Shown in pieces: positions 8,319 through 17,132 of a DNA stretch of 20,000 nt. The notes beneath the pieces are model-generated. The model did not search any database. It was not told the origin of the DNA and saw only the letters and a list, made by a program, of their open reading frames with translations. This stretch comes from an uncultured virus (IMG/VR IMGVR_UViG_3300025881_001848) (lineage: Duplodnaviria; Heunggongvirae; Uroviricota; Caudoviricetes): IMG/VR virus record IMGVR_UViG_3300025881_001848; one strand, 5' to 3'. Both the position numbers and the translations under genes were made by a program. How positions within the stretch are numbered: position 1 is the first letter of the stretch; the number at the start of each line of letters is the position of its first letter.

Positions 8319-8504
8319 ATGAGTTTTTATATTATTGTTAATAACACCAATATCGACACACTTATTGAGGAGGTGAATCAAAAAGTGGCAGAAGGGTTTG
8401 CGCCTCAAGGAGGCGTTAGTCAAGATCAGGTTACCCTTAATACTCCTAACCCATATTTTAGGCAAGCTATGTTTAGAAAGAGTTACCCACCCTCGTATAG
8501 GTAA
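8319..8504 (+). CDS. DUF1737-like small protein
   Basis: Y-IV......L-EEVN-K---G--PQGGVS....QAM pattern; SD ACAAGGA. Confidence 0.65.
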   Translation: MSFYIIVNNTNIDTLIEEVNQKVAEGFAPQGGVSQDQVTLNTPNPYFRQAMFRKSYPPSYR

Positions 8505-8526
8505 TGAGCATAACCACCATTGAGGT

Positions 8527-8557
8527 GATAGCGCTGCATTAGTGATGCAGCGCTATC
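8527..8557. terminator. Perfect 13-bp hairpin between convergent genes
   Basis: GATAGCGCTGCAT-TAGTG-ATGCAGCGCTATC; no clear U-tract. Confidence 0.55.
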
Positions 8558-8568
8558 CTGTTATGGTT

Positions 8569-9456
8569 CTATTCGCCCTTACTATTCTCTTTCGCTTCTT
8601 CTGAATTACTATAACTATAATCCATCAAGCCCTTGAGTGTTTGTGCGCAAATATTGCCCTCATTATACGCTTGTGTTGCCACGCTCTGAATATAAGCTTC
8701 TTTGGCTTTTACATAAGCGTTGTGAGCCTCAATTTCTGTGTCAAAGGAGCCTAAAAATACGGGCTTACTCTTTATACTTAAACTTGATGAGAAGCGCTCT
8801 CCATTTTTAAGTGACTTCACGCCCCGTAAACAACTGCCTTTTGGATAGTTTTTCAAAAGTGAATTTATTTCAGCCGTCACTAAAACACATGTCTCAGGAG
8901 AATAATGTTTATTGCCTTGGATGATGATGTCTTTATCTAGTTCGCAGTATTTACCGGCTAAAGGCTGAGCGTCATACCAGCGTTTAAAATTACTAAACAC
9001 TAACCACTCAGGATCGATTGAACATCCTTTATACGTTGGTTTCCAATCGTGCCACGCAGTTGTGAAGCATCTGCGCATCATTTGCTGCCACTTGTTATAG
9101 GGTTTATAGTTGGTTCTTGTTTCAATTTTAGTGCCGTGACCAGGGATGTCGCTGTACCCGAACCCCTTACAAAGATCTCTCCTTACTTCTTGTTCTATAA
9201 GCTGTAACCCCTCAATTTTACCCATCAAATAGGATGCTTTCGCTGTTTTACCGTCAATTTTAGTGTGCCCTAAATCAACCAGCGCACTTTCTATCTTTTT
9301 TGGAACGGCGTTCAACCAAAAGTTCATCTCTTTTAAGGCTAGCACTACATCAACTTGGCCATCAGCGGTAAATGCCCCAGTTGCCTCAACGGCAGCGTCA
9401 ATGGGTTGGTCATAATGCAGTAGTTTAATAATAGGTAGCTTCTTATCTTCTTTCAT
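8569..9456 (-). CDS. HNH-like (His-Me finger variant) / AP2-type DNA-binding protein; paralog of 19143-20000
   Basis: Y-KW--M-RRC, YKGCS---EW--FSNF--W, LDKDII--GNK-YSP-TC, G-F----EA--AY motifs; SD AAGGA before ATG 9456. Confidence 0.75.
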   Translation of the reverse strand: MKEDKKLPIIKLLHYDQPIDAAVEATGAFTADGQVDVVLALKEMNFWLNAVPKKIESALVDLGHTKIDGKTAKASYLMGKIEGLQLIEQEVRRDLCKGFGYSDIPGHGTKIETRTNYKPYNKWQQMMRRCFTTAWHDWKPTYKGCSIDPEWLVFSNFKRWYDAQPLAGKYCELDKDIIIQGNKHYSPETCVLVTAEINSLLKNYPKGSCLRGVKSLKNGERFSSSLSIKSKPVFLGSFDTEIEAHNAYVKAKEAYIQSVATQAYNEGNICAQTLKGLMDYSYSNSEEAKENSKGE

Positions 9457-9601
9457 ATCAATCCTTGATAACAATTGTTTAATCCGTTAAGGCAATGGTA
9501 CTCGAATTGTTTAAAAAAACCTTTTTGCACCACATAAGGTGCATAGCGTCTCTTTTTAGGGTTATCAGTGCGTTTAGGTGGATAATTAAAGAAATAAAAG
9601 A

Positions 9602-9629
9602 TTGACAAATTAGTTCATTTTGATAAAAT
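9602..9629 (+). promoter_or_regulatory. Sigma70 promoter P5 with operator (9612-9626) and doubled CA box GCACACACGCACACAAGG (9645-9662)
   Basis: TTGACA 9602-9607, 16 bp, TG-a-TAAAAT 9624-9629; AGTTCA-TTT-TGATAA. Confidence 0.85.
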
Positions 9630-9670
9630 AGGTTTATTGAATTCGCACACACGCACACAAGGTATTTATC

Positions 9671-10594
9671 ATGATTTCTGAAAGAAACGAAACTAGGTAT
9701 AACGATCAGCTGGCAGATATAACCAACAACGGTTTACGCACAAAAGCCCAGCAAAAAGATTTCATTTCACGTGTTAATCGTATTCTAGAGGATTTCTATG
9801 GTGCGGCGAATAGGCAGTCGCAAGATATTGCTGATGAACGCAGTGATGTAGAGCGTGACGCTTATTTCAAAATGAAATGGTCTTTGCCTTGCCCCGTGAT
9901 GGTTCACCAGTATGACAGTGCTATCAAGAAGTATAAAAAGGCAGCTGAAAAAGATGCTGTGTTTGGGGCATTTGTAACCCACCTTGAATTAGCCGATAAA
10001 TATGTGCGTCAAGCGCTAGCGGTTAAAGCAATGAAAGTGACCCCTCGTAAAACGCGATCAGAGACTGAGCGTGAAGCCCATGAAGCACGTTGGAAGAAGT
10101 TGCCTAAAGCGTCTAAAGAAACAGTAGAAGCGATTATATCGTCTGTGACCGCTCCGATTGAGTTGCGTCATGAAAACCGTAAGAGCTTTATGTTATTGAC
10201 TCGCGAAGGGATGTTAAAAGAGTTGCGTGCAATCACTTGTAATAAAACGTATTCAGCTCGCAGAAATGAATTGCGTAAAGAGTTTGGTGGAAGCTTGTTT
10301 GATTTATTAAATAGCTCAGTGCTTGATATTGAAAAAGTATTAGATGAGGAACGTCTTGGTGAGTTTCGTAAAATTCGCTACGCAAGCACACAGCGCCTTG
10401 GCGAGTATGATATTGACTCTGCGGTCAACACCCACATTCAAAGCGGTGCTGATGGTGTAGAGTGTGACTTCAGCCTATTGAAGAACGGTGTTCAAGTAGG
10501 TGTATTTGGATTCAAAGCAATTTTCGCCGGTGGCTACAATATTCAGCGCTTGCATACCCGTACTATTTTCAACGACAAGAAGGTTGGGGCGTAA
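9671..10594 (+). CDS. Hypothetical protein with C-terminal AGGYNIQRLH-R motif (recurrent in phage proteins)
   Basis: 307-aa ORF with promoter and SD; motif recalled, no function known to me. Confidence 0.8.
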   Translation: MISERNETRYNDQLADITNNGLRTKAQQKDFISRVNRILEDFYGAANRQSQDIADERSDVERDAYFKMKWSLPCPVMVHQYDSAIKKYKKAAEKDAVFGAFVTHLELADKYVRQALAVKAMKVTPRKTRSETEREAHEARWKKLPKASKETVEAIISSVTAPIELRHENRKSFMLLTREGMLKELRAITCNKTYSARRNELRKEFGGSLFDLLNSSVLDIEKVLDEERLGEFRKIRYASTQRLGEYDIDSAVNTHIQSGADGVECDFSLLKNGVQVGVFGFKAIFAGGYNIQRLHTRTIFNDKKVGA

Positions 10595-10620
10595 GCCCTC
10601 CTGATTAAGGAACGATTATT

Positions 10621-11031
10621 ATGATCACTAAACGACTTTCAGATCCCGCTGTTGATTTACGTCCTTTCATGGTGCGTAGGTATGACGTAGAGAATTTCGA
10701 TTCAGCGACTCAAAACGTGGATGAGCAAGATGTGCTTTTGCATTATATTGCGAGAGGTGATGGTTTAGGAGGTGGCGAGAGCTTCCCTTACTCTGAATTT
10801 AAAATAGACAGATATTTTCTTGTGGACTGGGTAAGGCACCAATTCCTAAAGCAGGTGTTTAATGTCACGTTTGACCCGTACTACTTGCGTGATGGCTTAC
10901 TGCATAAGAAGTCCAGTGGCTTTGGTGATAAATCGCCTGAGTACGATGTGCCTAAGTGTGTAGTGCGTTTACGTGATGCGATGTTGCAGTGTGATATTTC
11001 GAGACGATACAACGATCAAGAGGTGTTCTGA
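10621..11031 (+). CDS. Hypothetical protein
   Basis: SD AAGGA. Confidence 0.75.
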   Translation: MITKRLSDPAVDLRPFMVRRYDVENFDSATQNVDEQDVLLHYIARGDGLGGGESFPYSEFKIDRYFLVDWVRHQFLKQVFNVTFDPYYLRDGLLHKKSSGFGDKSPEYDVPKCVVRLRDAMLQCDISRRYNDQEVF

Positions 11032-11037
11032 CTATTG

Positions 11038-11081
11038 TGCCTTGCCCACACTTGTTAATAATTATTGGTATGGGCACGGCA
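11038..11081. terminator. Imperfect hairpin between convergent genes
   Basis: TGCC-T-TGCCCA ... TGGGCA-C-GGCA. Confidence 0.4.
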
Positions 11082-11089
11082 AGATGTTG

Positions 11090-11920
11090 TTATAGTAACG
11101 ACTCTTTTAGGCTAGTGAGTCGAGAGGCGAGGGTGCTTAGCTGTTCTTCTTTGTAGTCTGTAAAGCTGGTGTCGTATATTGCTTTTTCATCTACGCCGTT
11201 TATACGCGTCACGGTGGCCGTAAAGACCATGTCATCTCGGTCTTTAGGCGCGTTTCCCCACTCGCCGAATAGGTTGGGGCTTAATTTCCACGTTACTTCT
11301 TCCCCAGGTTCCAACCCGCCTGGGATAGGGTAGTTAAACGTTTCTTCTACCCATGGCACACTGCGCCCTTTAGATATTAATACCCCGTCAAAGTAGGCGC
11401 GTGAGATAGCCTTATCGGTGTTGTTTTTCACGGTGAGTTCAATAATAGCTTCGCTACTATAGTCGGATTCCCTGAAGTAAAAGCGTGATCTAATAACTTC
11501 AAATTTTTTCAATTTATCTTTCGCGTTCATCGCCTCTCTTTTTTCTGCGACTAACTCAGCGATATCGGCTTCAATTTCAGCAATTTCTGAAAAGGCCTGC
11601 GTGCGTCTTTTGGTTTCTCTTTCTGCTAATAAGGCGTTGCCTTGGGTGAGAATTTCGGCAGCTGTTTTACCGTCTAGTTTGGTTTTGATGCTTGCTTTAA
11701 AGGCTTCAGGATCTTTAGCCACTTCAAGTAAATTTCCAGCGCCAGCGAAAATAACCGCTTGGAGTGCTTTATCGAAATGTTCTTGATCGCCTTTGGGCAT
11801 ATTCGCTTTCATTTCCTCAACCGAGGCTTTCATGGTTTCCTCAGAGTTGGCGTCAATTGTTTTCTCTCCACATGCACTTAATGCGACGATGAAAAATAGG
11901 GGTAGATAGTGTATTTTCAT
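11090..11920 (-). CDS. Lipoprotein (resembles the DUF6694 family)
   Basis: Lipobox LSAC at the end of a signal peptide; IDA-S-E-M--S N-terminus; coiled-coil middle; SD AAGGA. Confidence 0.75.
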   Translation of the reverse strand: MKIHYLPLFFIVALSACGEKTIDANSEETMKASVEEMKANMPKGDQEHFDKALQAVIFAGAGNLLEVAKDPEAFKASIKTKLDGKTAAEILTQGNALLAERETKRRTQAFSEIAEIEADIAELVAEKREAMNAKDKLKKFEVIRSRFYFRESDYSSEAIIELTVKNNTDKAISRAYFDGVLISKGRSVPWVEETFNYPIPGGLEPGEEVTWKLSPNLFGEWGNAPKDRDDMVFTATVTRINGVDEKAIYDTSFTDYKEEQLSTLASRLTSLKESLL

Positions 11921-12010
11921 TATATTCCTTTACTACGTAGCGTTTGCATCATCATTATTGATTGATGGGGTGATACTAGTATGACAAATTTAATACGGTT
12001 TTGACAAGAC

Positions 12011-12214
12011 TTAGCTGTATGCTGAGCCGACTTGGTGAGGCGCGTTGCTGTTTGTGCACTTGAGGGTGCAGTTAGTCGCTTTTGGGCATCGCTTATTCCC
12101 ACATTCACTGCACAGGTACATTCTGCTGCCAAGAGTCAACCGTGCTTCAATGGTATTTTCACCTTGAGATGCGCTTGCGCTTTCATGCGCATGGTTAAAG
12201 CAGCATCTTCTCAT
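12011..12214 (-). CDS. Small Cys-rich phage-type protein (C--CGNKRCPKAT...C--SN...GS-Y)
   Basis: Recognisable Cys-rich motif; ATGA-coupled to the upstream gene. Confidence 0.7.
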   Translation of the reverse strand: MRRCCFNHAHESASASQGENTIEARLTLGSRMYLCSECGNKRCPKATNCTLKCTNSNAPHQVGSAYS

Positions 12215-12576
12215 TCTACTTGTTCCTCCGAGTCCTTATTCCCATATTTAATGTGAAGGAACTGAAGCGTCACAATAGGCATTTGGAACAACAATTCGTC
12301 TATATTCTTGTTGCCTTCAGTGTTCATCGGTAAGCATGAAATATATCTATTCTCTTCAACTTTTATGCTGCATGGAAATGCTAAGCGCTCATTTTCACTT
12401 GTGAATCCCCATTTAGCAGTGACAAAAGGACTGACGGTATGAACTATATACCCTTCTCCCCACCACCCTTCGATATCACAATCTGCCGTCACAATCCATT
12501 CATGGAAAAAATGACCGTGAGTGCCGTTTTCATAAAGCGAATCTATCGCAAGTTCATTTTCATCATTATAGGACAT
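12211..12576 (-). CDS. Acidic hypothetical protein
   Basis: ORF downstream of promoter P6; SD AGGT. Confidence 0.7.
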   Translation of the reverse strand: MSYNDENELAIDSLYENGTHGHFFHEWIVTADCDIEGWWGEGYIVHTVSPFVTAKWGFTSENERLAFPCSIKVEENRYISCLPMNTEGNKNIDELLFQMPIVTLQFLHIKYGNKDSEEQVE

Positions 12577-12644
12577 GTTTTGTATTACCTGTATTTAACT
12601 ATCCGCAGAAAATGAAGCGGGTGTTATTTTTTAAAATGATAATA

Positions 12645-12673
12645 AATATACCAATACGCTCAATTATTGTCAA
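12645..12673 (-). promoter_or_regulatory. Sigma70 promoter P6 (no operator in the spacer)
   Basis: Minus strand: TTGACA, 17 bp, TG-g-TATATT. Confidence 0.7.
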
Positions 12674-12760
12674 TATATCTTGATTTTCAGTGCTGAAATC
12701 ACGTCCGATTGCGATAGTATTTATCTACGCAAAAACATTCAAAAAAGGATTTTTAGGTTT

Positions 12761-13312
12761 ATGTCCATAGTTAGTAGTACCCCTCACGTTTCCGTTGTTC
12801 GATTCACCGATAAAAAAAGTGCCTTTAAGTCGCAGTGCCCCTATTATGAATACATGAAGAATGGCGACGCCCAGTGGATAGGTGGAAGTTGTGCGCATTA
12901 TTCGCGTGAAGTTGAATTTACTAAAGAAGCTCAGCGCGTTCAGTCCTATCCAGATTTTAACGGTATATTGTTTCACGGGTTTACGTTTAAGGCGCTAAGT
13001 GCCGATAGATACGTATTCGAACAATCCTGTTACCGGATGTATGAGTATTTAACCGGTGTTTATCGCTCTGCGCATTACGATGGCAAATGTCTCGGTGCCT
13101 ATATATGCTATCAGGAGGATACTGTCACGGGGACAGTTGAGCCGCAGCCTTTTGATCACTCATTTAGTATGGTGATCTCAGCGTGTCAAACAGGGCGCAC
13201 TCACTTGTGGCCGGCTATGATAAGGGATGCAGCCTACTACAAGTCGTTTATGCTGAAGATTAAAGAAAAGTGGGTAACATTTTTAGAAGAATCTGAATGT
13301 TCTCATGCTTGA
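12761..13312 (+). CDS. Hypothetical protein
   Basis: ORF 12680-13312; ATG 12761 after AGGT is the more plausible start. Confidence 0.7.
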   Translation: MSIVSSTPHVSVVRFTDKKSAFKSQCPYYEYMKNGDAQWIGGSCAHYSREVEFTKEAQRVQSYPDFNGILFHGFTFKALSADRYVFEQSCYRMYEYLTGVYRSAHYDGKCLGAYICYQEDTVTGTVEPQPFDHSFSMVISACQTGRTHLWPAMIRDAAYYKSFMLKIKEKWVTFLEESECSHA

Positions 13313-13348
13313 TAGCGATTATCGACAACGACTTAATAATAGGGAAAG

Positions 13349-13609
13349 GTGAATAATGTGTTCGGACTATCGACAATATTGAATAAAATAAAAGTGAGAT
13401 TCAAGGCGCAAGGTATGCCTAAATACCAAAATCTGTACCTTGGCAAAGGGGGTGGTAAGTTGCGGGTTAAAAACGGTGGTGGAGTGGCTGTAGTGAGAAA
13501 TTGCTACTACGAGCCTAAGTTGGGGAGTTATATGTATTGGCTGGATGCTAATGGGGTGTTAGTTACGGTGCCGGAGTGTAATTTGGAAGAAGTTCACTGC
13601 GCAGAATAA
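13349..13609 (+). CDS. Hypothetical basic protein
   Basis: GTG start after AGGGAAAG. Confidence 0.6.
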   Translation: MNNVFGLSTILNKIKVRFKAQGMPKYQNLYLGKGGGKLRVKNGGGVAVVRNCYYEPKLGSYMYWLDANGVLVTVPECNLEEVHCAE

Positions 13610-13621
13610 AGTTAAAAATGA

Positions 13622-13649
13622 TTGACAAATGCGTTCAATTTGATAATAT
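13622..13649 (+). promoter_or_regulatory. Sigma70 promoter P7 with operator (13632-13646) and TCACACACGGGAG leader (13656-13668)
   Basis: TTGACA, 16 bp, TG-a-TAATAT; CGTTCA-ATT-TGATAA. Confidence 0.85.
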
Positions 13650-13676
13650 GAGGTTTCACACACGGGAGATCCTATT

Positions 13677-14060
13677 ATGTCATTTTTAATCAACGACCCA
13701 ATTTTAGATGATGTGGCTTTTGCCGCGTTAACCCCCAGTCAAAAAAAGGCGTATTTTACGTCTATCATGAGTCAAGCTACCGATTCATTTAATGAAGCAA
13801 AGCATGATCGTGCGGAAGAAACATCCGGCAGTGCATTTTTGTGGGTGTCTCTTTATGGTAAAGATGCTATTTCCCGTGCCTTTCGTAGCTTTATTAAAGC
13901 TAATCACGAGCGTCGTGTGATGAACAATTATCGCGGCACTAAACATGCTTGGTATTTTGGTTCTCAGACCTCTCACGGCTATTGGGATGCGCTTGGTGCC
14001 ATGTGTGACGTATTGACGAAATATAAAATCCCTTGTTACACCTGTGATGAGTGGGACTAA
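13677..14060 (+). CDS. Conserved phage-type hypothetical protein
   Basis: Promoter and SD GGGAG; G-A-LWV...F--F-K...A---VL---I pattern. Confidence 0.8.
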   Translation: MSFLINDPILDDVAFAALTPSQKKAYFTSIMSQATDSFNEAKHDRAEETSGSAFLWVSLYGKDAISRAFRSFIKANHERRVMNNYRGTKHAWYFGSQTSHGYWDALGAMCDVLTKYKIPCYTCDEWD

Positions 14061-14456
14061 GTGATCACAATGAGTGTGAAATTATATATTGATGAAAATA
14101 GTCCTGCCGACATAGCGCAGGCAATAAAGTCTAATGATCAGGTGATGTTTAAGCATAGACACTGCGCCATGGCGTTTACCTGTGATGGCACTTACCTGTA
14201 TGCATTTGATGCAGATGACTTCAATCATGATGATATGGAAGATAACGACCTCTTTAGACATCGCGCAGTGCGCTTCACAGACGTTGTGCGCGATTATTAT
14301 GGAAACACGTCGTGCTTACTTGGGTTTCTCAAAGAAATGAAGGACGCTGGCGTTGAGCTTGAGTTGTCAGACATTCATCAGGTAGAGACACTGAGCATTG
14401 ATGGTTATCAGCATGAGTCAGAAAAATTCGCGTCATTCTTCCTCAAAGATAAATAA
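14061..14456 (+). CDS. Acidic hypothetical protein
   Basis: Abuts the upstream stop; start GTG 14061 or ATG 14070. Confidence 0.75.
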   Translation: MITMSVKLYIDENSPADIAQAIKSNDQVMFKHRHCAMAFTCDGTYLYAFDADDFNHDDMEDNDLFRHRAVRFTDVVRDYYGNTSCLLGFLKEMKDAGVELELSDIHQVETLSIDGYQHESEKFASFFLKDK

Positions 14457-14462
14457 AAAAGA

Positions 14463-14490
14463 TTGACAAAAAGGCTCAGTTTGATAATAT
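14463..14490 (+). promoter_or_regulatory. Sigma70 promoter P8 with operator (14473-14487); degenerate C/A-rich leader
   Basis: TTGACA, 16 bp, TG-a-TAATAT; GGCTCA-GTT-TGATAA; leader AAACAAACCACATTCACCACTAAAGG. Confidence 0.85.
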
Positions 14491-14533
14491 AGCGTTATTG
14501 AAACAAACCACATTCACCACTAAAGGTTCTTAC

Positions 14534-15121
14534 ATGAAAGATTTTGATCATTACCAAGCGAAAGACGTTGCCGGCGACCATGCGTTTATTATGCAATTTA
14601 TTGCTGCGGCCACTTTTGTCGATATTGATAACGTAAAAGAAGTTGTTTTTACTGGCAGTGAGCTTCAGGATATTGCAAATAATACAGCGGGTATTGATGG
14701 CTTAAGTGGTTGGGCAATTGCAAAAGCGGGTGATGCAAAGAACGTTGCAATGTATGTGAGCACACATATATTGAAAAGAGATGGTGGCAAGGCGATTGAG
14801 AAAAAAGTCACTCACCTAGCGGAAACTCATCAGCTCAGAAATGCTGGCACTATTGGTAAATTAACGTTTAAATCCATTGATTTTGATATTGAAGGATTCA
14901 CGGCCAAGACCGATGCACTGCGAGCAGAACGAGAAGATCGTTTTGAAGAATTCAAGAAGGACACTGAGGAAGCTTATTCTATGACTGGTTTCAGTTCTAG
15001 TCTAAAAAAAGCAATCCATCGAGCGGCGTGGGAAGAAGGGCACTCTAGTGGCTTGCAGGAAGTGTATAATTGCTATGACAAGTTTGTTGAAATAGCAGAT
15101 GTTGCGCTGACGAGTAAGTAA
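14534..15121 (+). CDS. Conserved phage-type hypothetical protein (AWE-GHSSG--EV)
   Basis: AAAGG SD before ATG 14534. Confidence 0.8.
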   Translation: MKDFDHYQAKDVAGDHAFIMQFIAAATFVDIDNVKEVVFTGSELQDIANNTAGIDGLSGWAIAKAGDAKNVAMYVSTHILKRDGGKAIEKKVTHLAETHQLRNAGTIGKLTFKSIDFDIEGFTAKTDALRAEREDRFEEFKKDTEEAYSMTGFSSSLKKAIHRAAWEEGHSSGLQEVYNCYDKFVEIADVALTSK

Positions 15122-15127
15122 GTTGAT

Positions 15128-15319
15128 ATGGCGCTTTCCCTGACAGATTTTACGCAAAGTGAAGCCGACAAGTTGGCGCAATTTGCTACATGGTACAAAC
15201 GAATGAATATTTTATACCCAGGACAATACCCGCTTGAGATGAGTGACGGTAATGAAGGTGCTTGGGATGAGATGTTGGCAGACTTTGATCCTGCTTCCCC
15301 CGAATACAAACAGGAGTAG
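15128..15319 (+). CDS. Small acidic hypothetical protein
   Basis: In operon, 6 nt after the upstream stop. Confidence 0.7.
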   Translation: MALSLTDFTQSEADKLAQFATWYKRMNILYPGQYPLEMSDGNEGAWDEMLADFDPASPEYKQE

Positions 15320-15325
15320 AGCAGT

Positions 15326-15571
15326 ATGTTGTTTGATAAGATGAAAGAAATGGCAAAGTTGGATTTACCGCTAGATGATGGTGATGTAAATCAGTGTTTA
15401 GCTGACATGCAGACTCATATTGGTGTTGACGATGGCGGGTACGCTGGTGTTTTATTTAGCAGTGTCGAAGATGGCTGGGAAAAGCTTGGTTATGAGGGTC
15501 GCTTAGAGTTCTTAAAGGGCTACATCAAAAGCGAAATAGACTTTAACGTGCATGCGGATGATGGCGAATGA
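15326..15571 (+). CDS. Small acidic hypothetical protein
   Basis: SD AGGAG. Confidence 0.75.
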   Translation: MLFDKMKEMAKLDLPLDDGDVNQCLADMQTHIGVDDGGYAGVLFSSVEDGWEKLGYEGRLEFLKGYIKSEIDFNVHADDGE

Positions 15572-15666
15572 AAAAATTAAGCGTTCGTCGTAAATGTGAG
15601 GTGTTCGCATTGGTGTTTGCTGCCATTGGCGCATTGGGTAGTTTTGTTCTTTTCGTGACGTATTGA
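15568..15666 (+). CDS. 32-aa single-TM peptide (not in the ORF track)
   Basis: MKKLSVRRKCEVFALVFAAIGALGSFVLFVTY; ATGA overlap; ends just before the terminator. Confidence 0.55.
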   Translation: MKKLSVRRKCEVFALVFAAIGALGSFVLFVTY

Positions 15667-15680
15667 TGCTGGACGACAGA

Positions 15681-15714
15681 CAATAAAAAAGGCCTTAATA
15701 GGCCTTTTTTATTG
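15681..15714. terminator. Bidirectional intrinsic terminator
   Basis: CAATAAAAAAGGCCT-TAAT-AGGCCTTTTTTATTG, perfect 15-bp inverted repeat between convergent genes. Confidence 0.9.
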
Positions 15715-15726
15715 ATGTTACCCTAC

Positions 15727-16302
15727 TTAAGGTGTGAATTTAGGTTTACTGAGTTCATCAGGTGCCTGTTCCGGCTTCTGATCAGGTTGTTTCTCTGGCA
15801 TTTCTCTTTTTGCTTTAATCTCTGCCATTAACGCCGCCTGTTTTTCTCTAGCCTCTGCTAACGCGTTGTTATTGTAATATGTGTTTTCATGAGAACAATA
15901 ATTTTCGGTGTAATCCGACACGACAATATCTACTTCAAAATCGTTTAGTTTTACTTCGCTGTCAGGGTTGACTGACAACTTAATAATAGCCATATGGTTG
16001 TATGCGGTTCCACCAGGGATTGTGTAATGTCCGTCGCGAGAATTAAACTGGTCAATTTCCCACTCTTCCGAATCTGGATCTGTGTCTTCAAACTCTATCA
16101 CTAAAGCGTCTAGCATAGCTCTTGCTTGCTGGCTCAGTTCATCAGGATCATGTTCTTCTGCCGCATCATTTTTAAGTGACTCATAAAATGAGTCGTAAAA
16201 AGACTCGCTGATCTCGTCAAGATCTAACTCGAAGTCGAGAACGTCATCTTCAGTTTGAGAGATAAGCTCAATCGTTGCACCTGCAAATTGCTTGTGTTCC
16301 AT
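15727..16302 (-). CDS. Highly acidic hypothetical protein
   Basis: ORF 15727-16407; likely start ATG 16302 or 16314; 29 D/E versus 3 K/R in the first 85 aa from 16302. Confidence 0.75.
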   Translation of the reverse strand: MEHKQFAGATIELISQTEDDVLDFELDLDEISESFYDSFYESLKNDAAEEHDPDELSQQARAMLDALVIEFEDTDPDSEEWEIDQFNSRDGHYTIPGGTAYNHMAIIKLSVNPDSEVKLNDFEVDIVVSDYTENYCSHENTYYNNNALAEAREKQAALMAEIKAKREMPEKQPDQKPEQAPDELSKPKFTP

Positions 16303-16425
16303 GTTCAATTCCATTTGATATCTTTCTAATAGTAAAATTTTATCATACAGCGCAGTGGCTCTCCGCTTTCCACCCTTTTTAATTTCATTTTGATAAAGTA
16401 GTAACACGCAAATAACAATAAATGA

Positions 16426-16453
16426 TTGACAAAATATCTCATAATGGTATGAT
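16426..16453 (+). promoter_or_regulatory. Sigma70 promoter P9 with degenerate operator (16436-16450), extra operator 16382-16396 and CCACACACACAAGG leader (16462-16475)
   Basis: TTGACA 16426-16431, 16 bp, TG-g-TATGAT 16448-16453. Confidence 0.85.
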
Positions 16454-16483
16454 TAAGGCGTCCACACACACAAGGAAAAAATC

Positions 16484-17071
16484 ATGACGACGCTAACCCC
16501 AGTTAATTTCGGCCAGCAATTTAAAGACAAACTAGATATCGCACAAGCCCTTGGCGGTGCAGCTCATTGGTATGGTTTAAGAATGCGTCCGTATTCAATT
16601 GGTGCCCAGCCCACTGATGTATCGTGTTTCCTTGAACCTGAATTAGCGCAGCACGTATTTGAGAAGCTGCAAGATGATGTGAATGTCAGGCACGGTGCAT
16701 TAGCTTACCCGTACCCTTTAGATGATGACCAAGTCGCTCGCTATGAAATGGTGTCACTTGATGTTGGCAGTAAAGCTGAGTATAAAGCGCCAGTAGGCGA
16801 TATGACCACTGAGTCGTTATCACTTGAAATGGCCGATATCATATTTAAGGAACTCTATGATACCCATAAAATCACGTTTGATTTGTTTGATACATGGTGT
16901 GACTATATGGATGGTAAAGATATCACTGTACTTAAGTCGTATGCACGCTATCACCCCGCCTTTATTAACCGCCATAACGATAAAGCGCAATATGCGAAAT
17001 TTGTTGAAGTGTTTGACTTAATTGATGTTGAATCAATAGTAGATGCGATAGCAGACAATTACTTAGCATAG
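16484..17071 (+). CDS. Protein with an N-terminal DarA_C-like (defence against restriction A C-terminal) domain
   Basis: WYGLRMRPYSIGAQP ... RHGALAYPYPLDDDQVARYEM matches the recalled Y---RP---G--P...G---Y---L-------YE- pattern. Confidence 0.6.
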   Translation: MTTLTPVNFGQQFKDKLDIAQALGGAAHWYGLRMRPYSIGAQPTDVSCFLEPELAQHVFEKLQDDVNVRHGALAYPYPLDDDQVARYEMVSLDVGSKAEYKAPVGDMTTESLSLEMADIIFKELYDTHKITFDLFDTWCDYMDGKDITVLKSYARYHPAFINRHNDKAQYAKFVEVFDLIDVESIVDAIADNYLA

Positions 17072-17132
17072 AACCCTGGGATGGATGGAATTTTCACAAT
17101 TGAGCTAACATTGGTATTCACCTTAGTCATGG

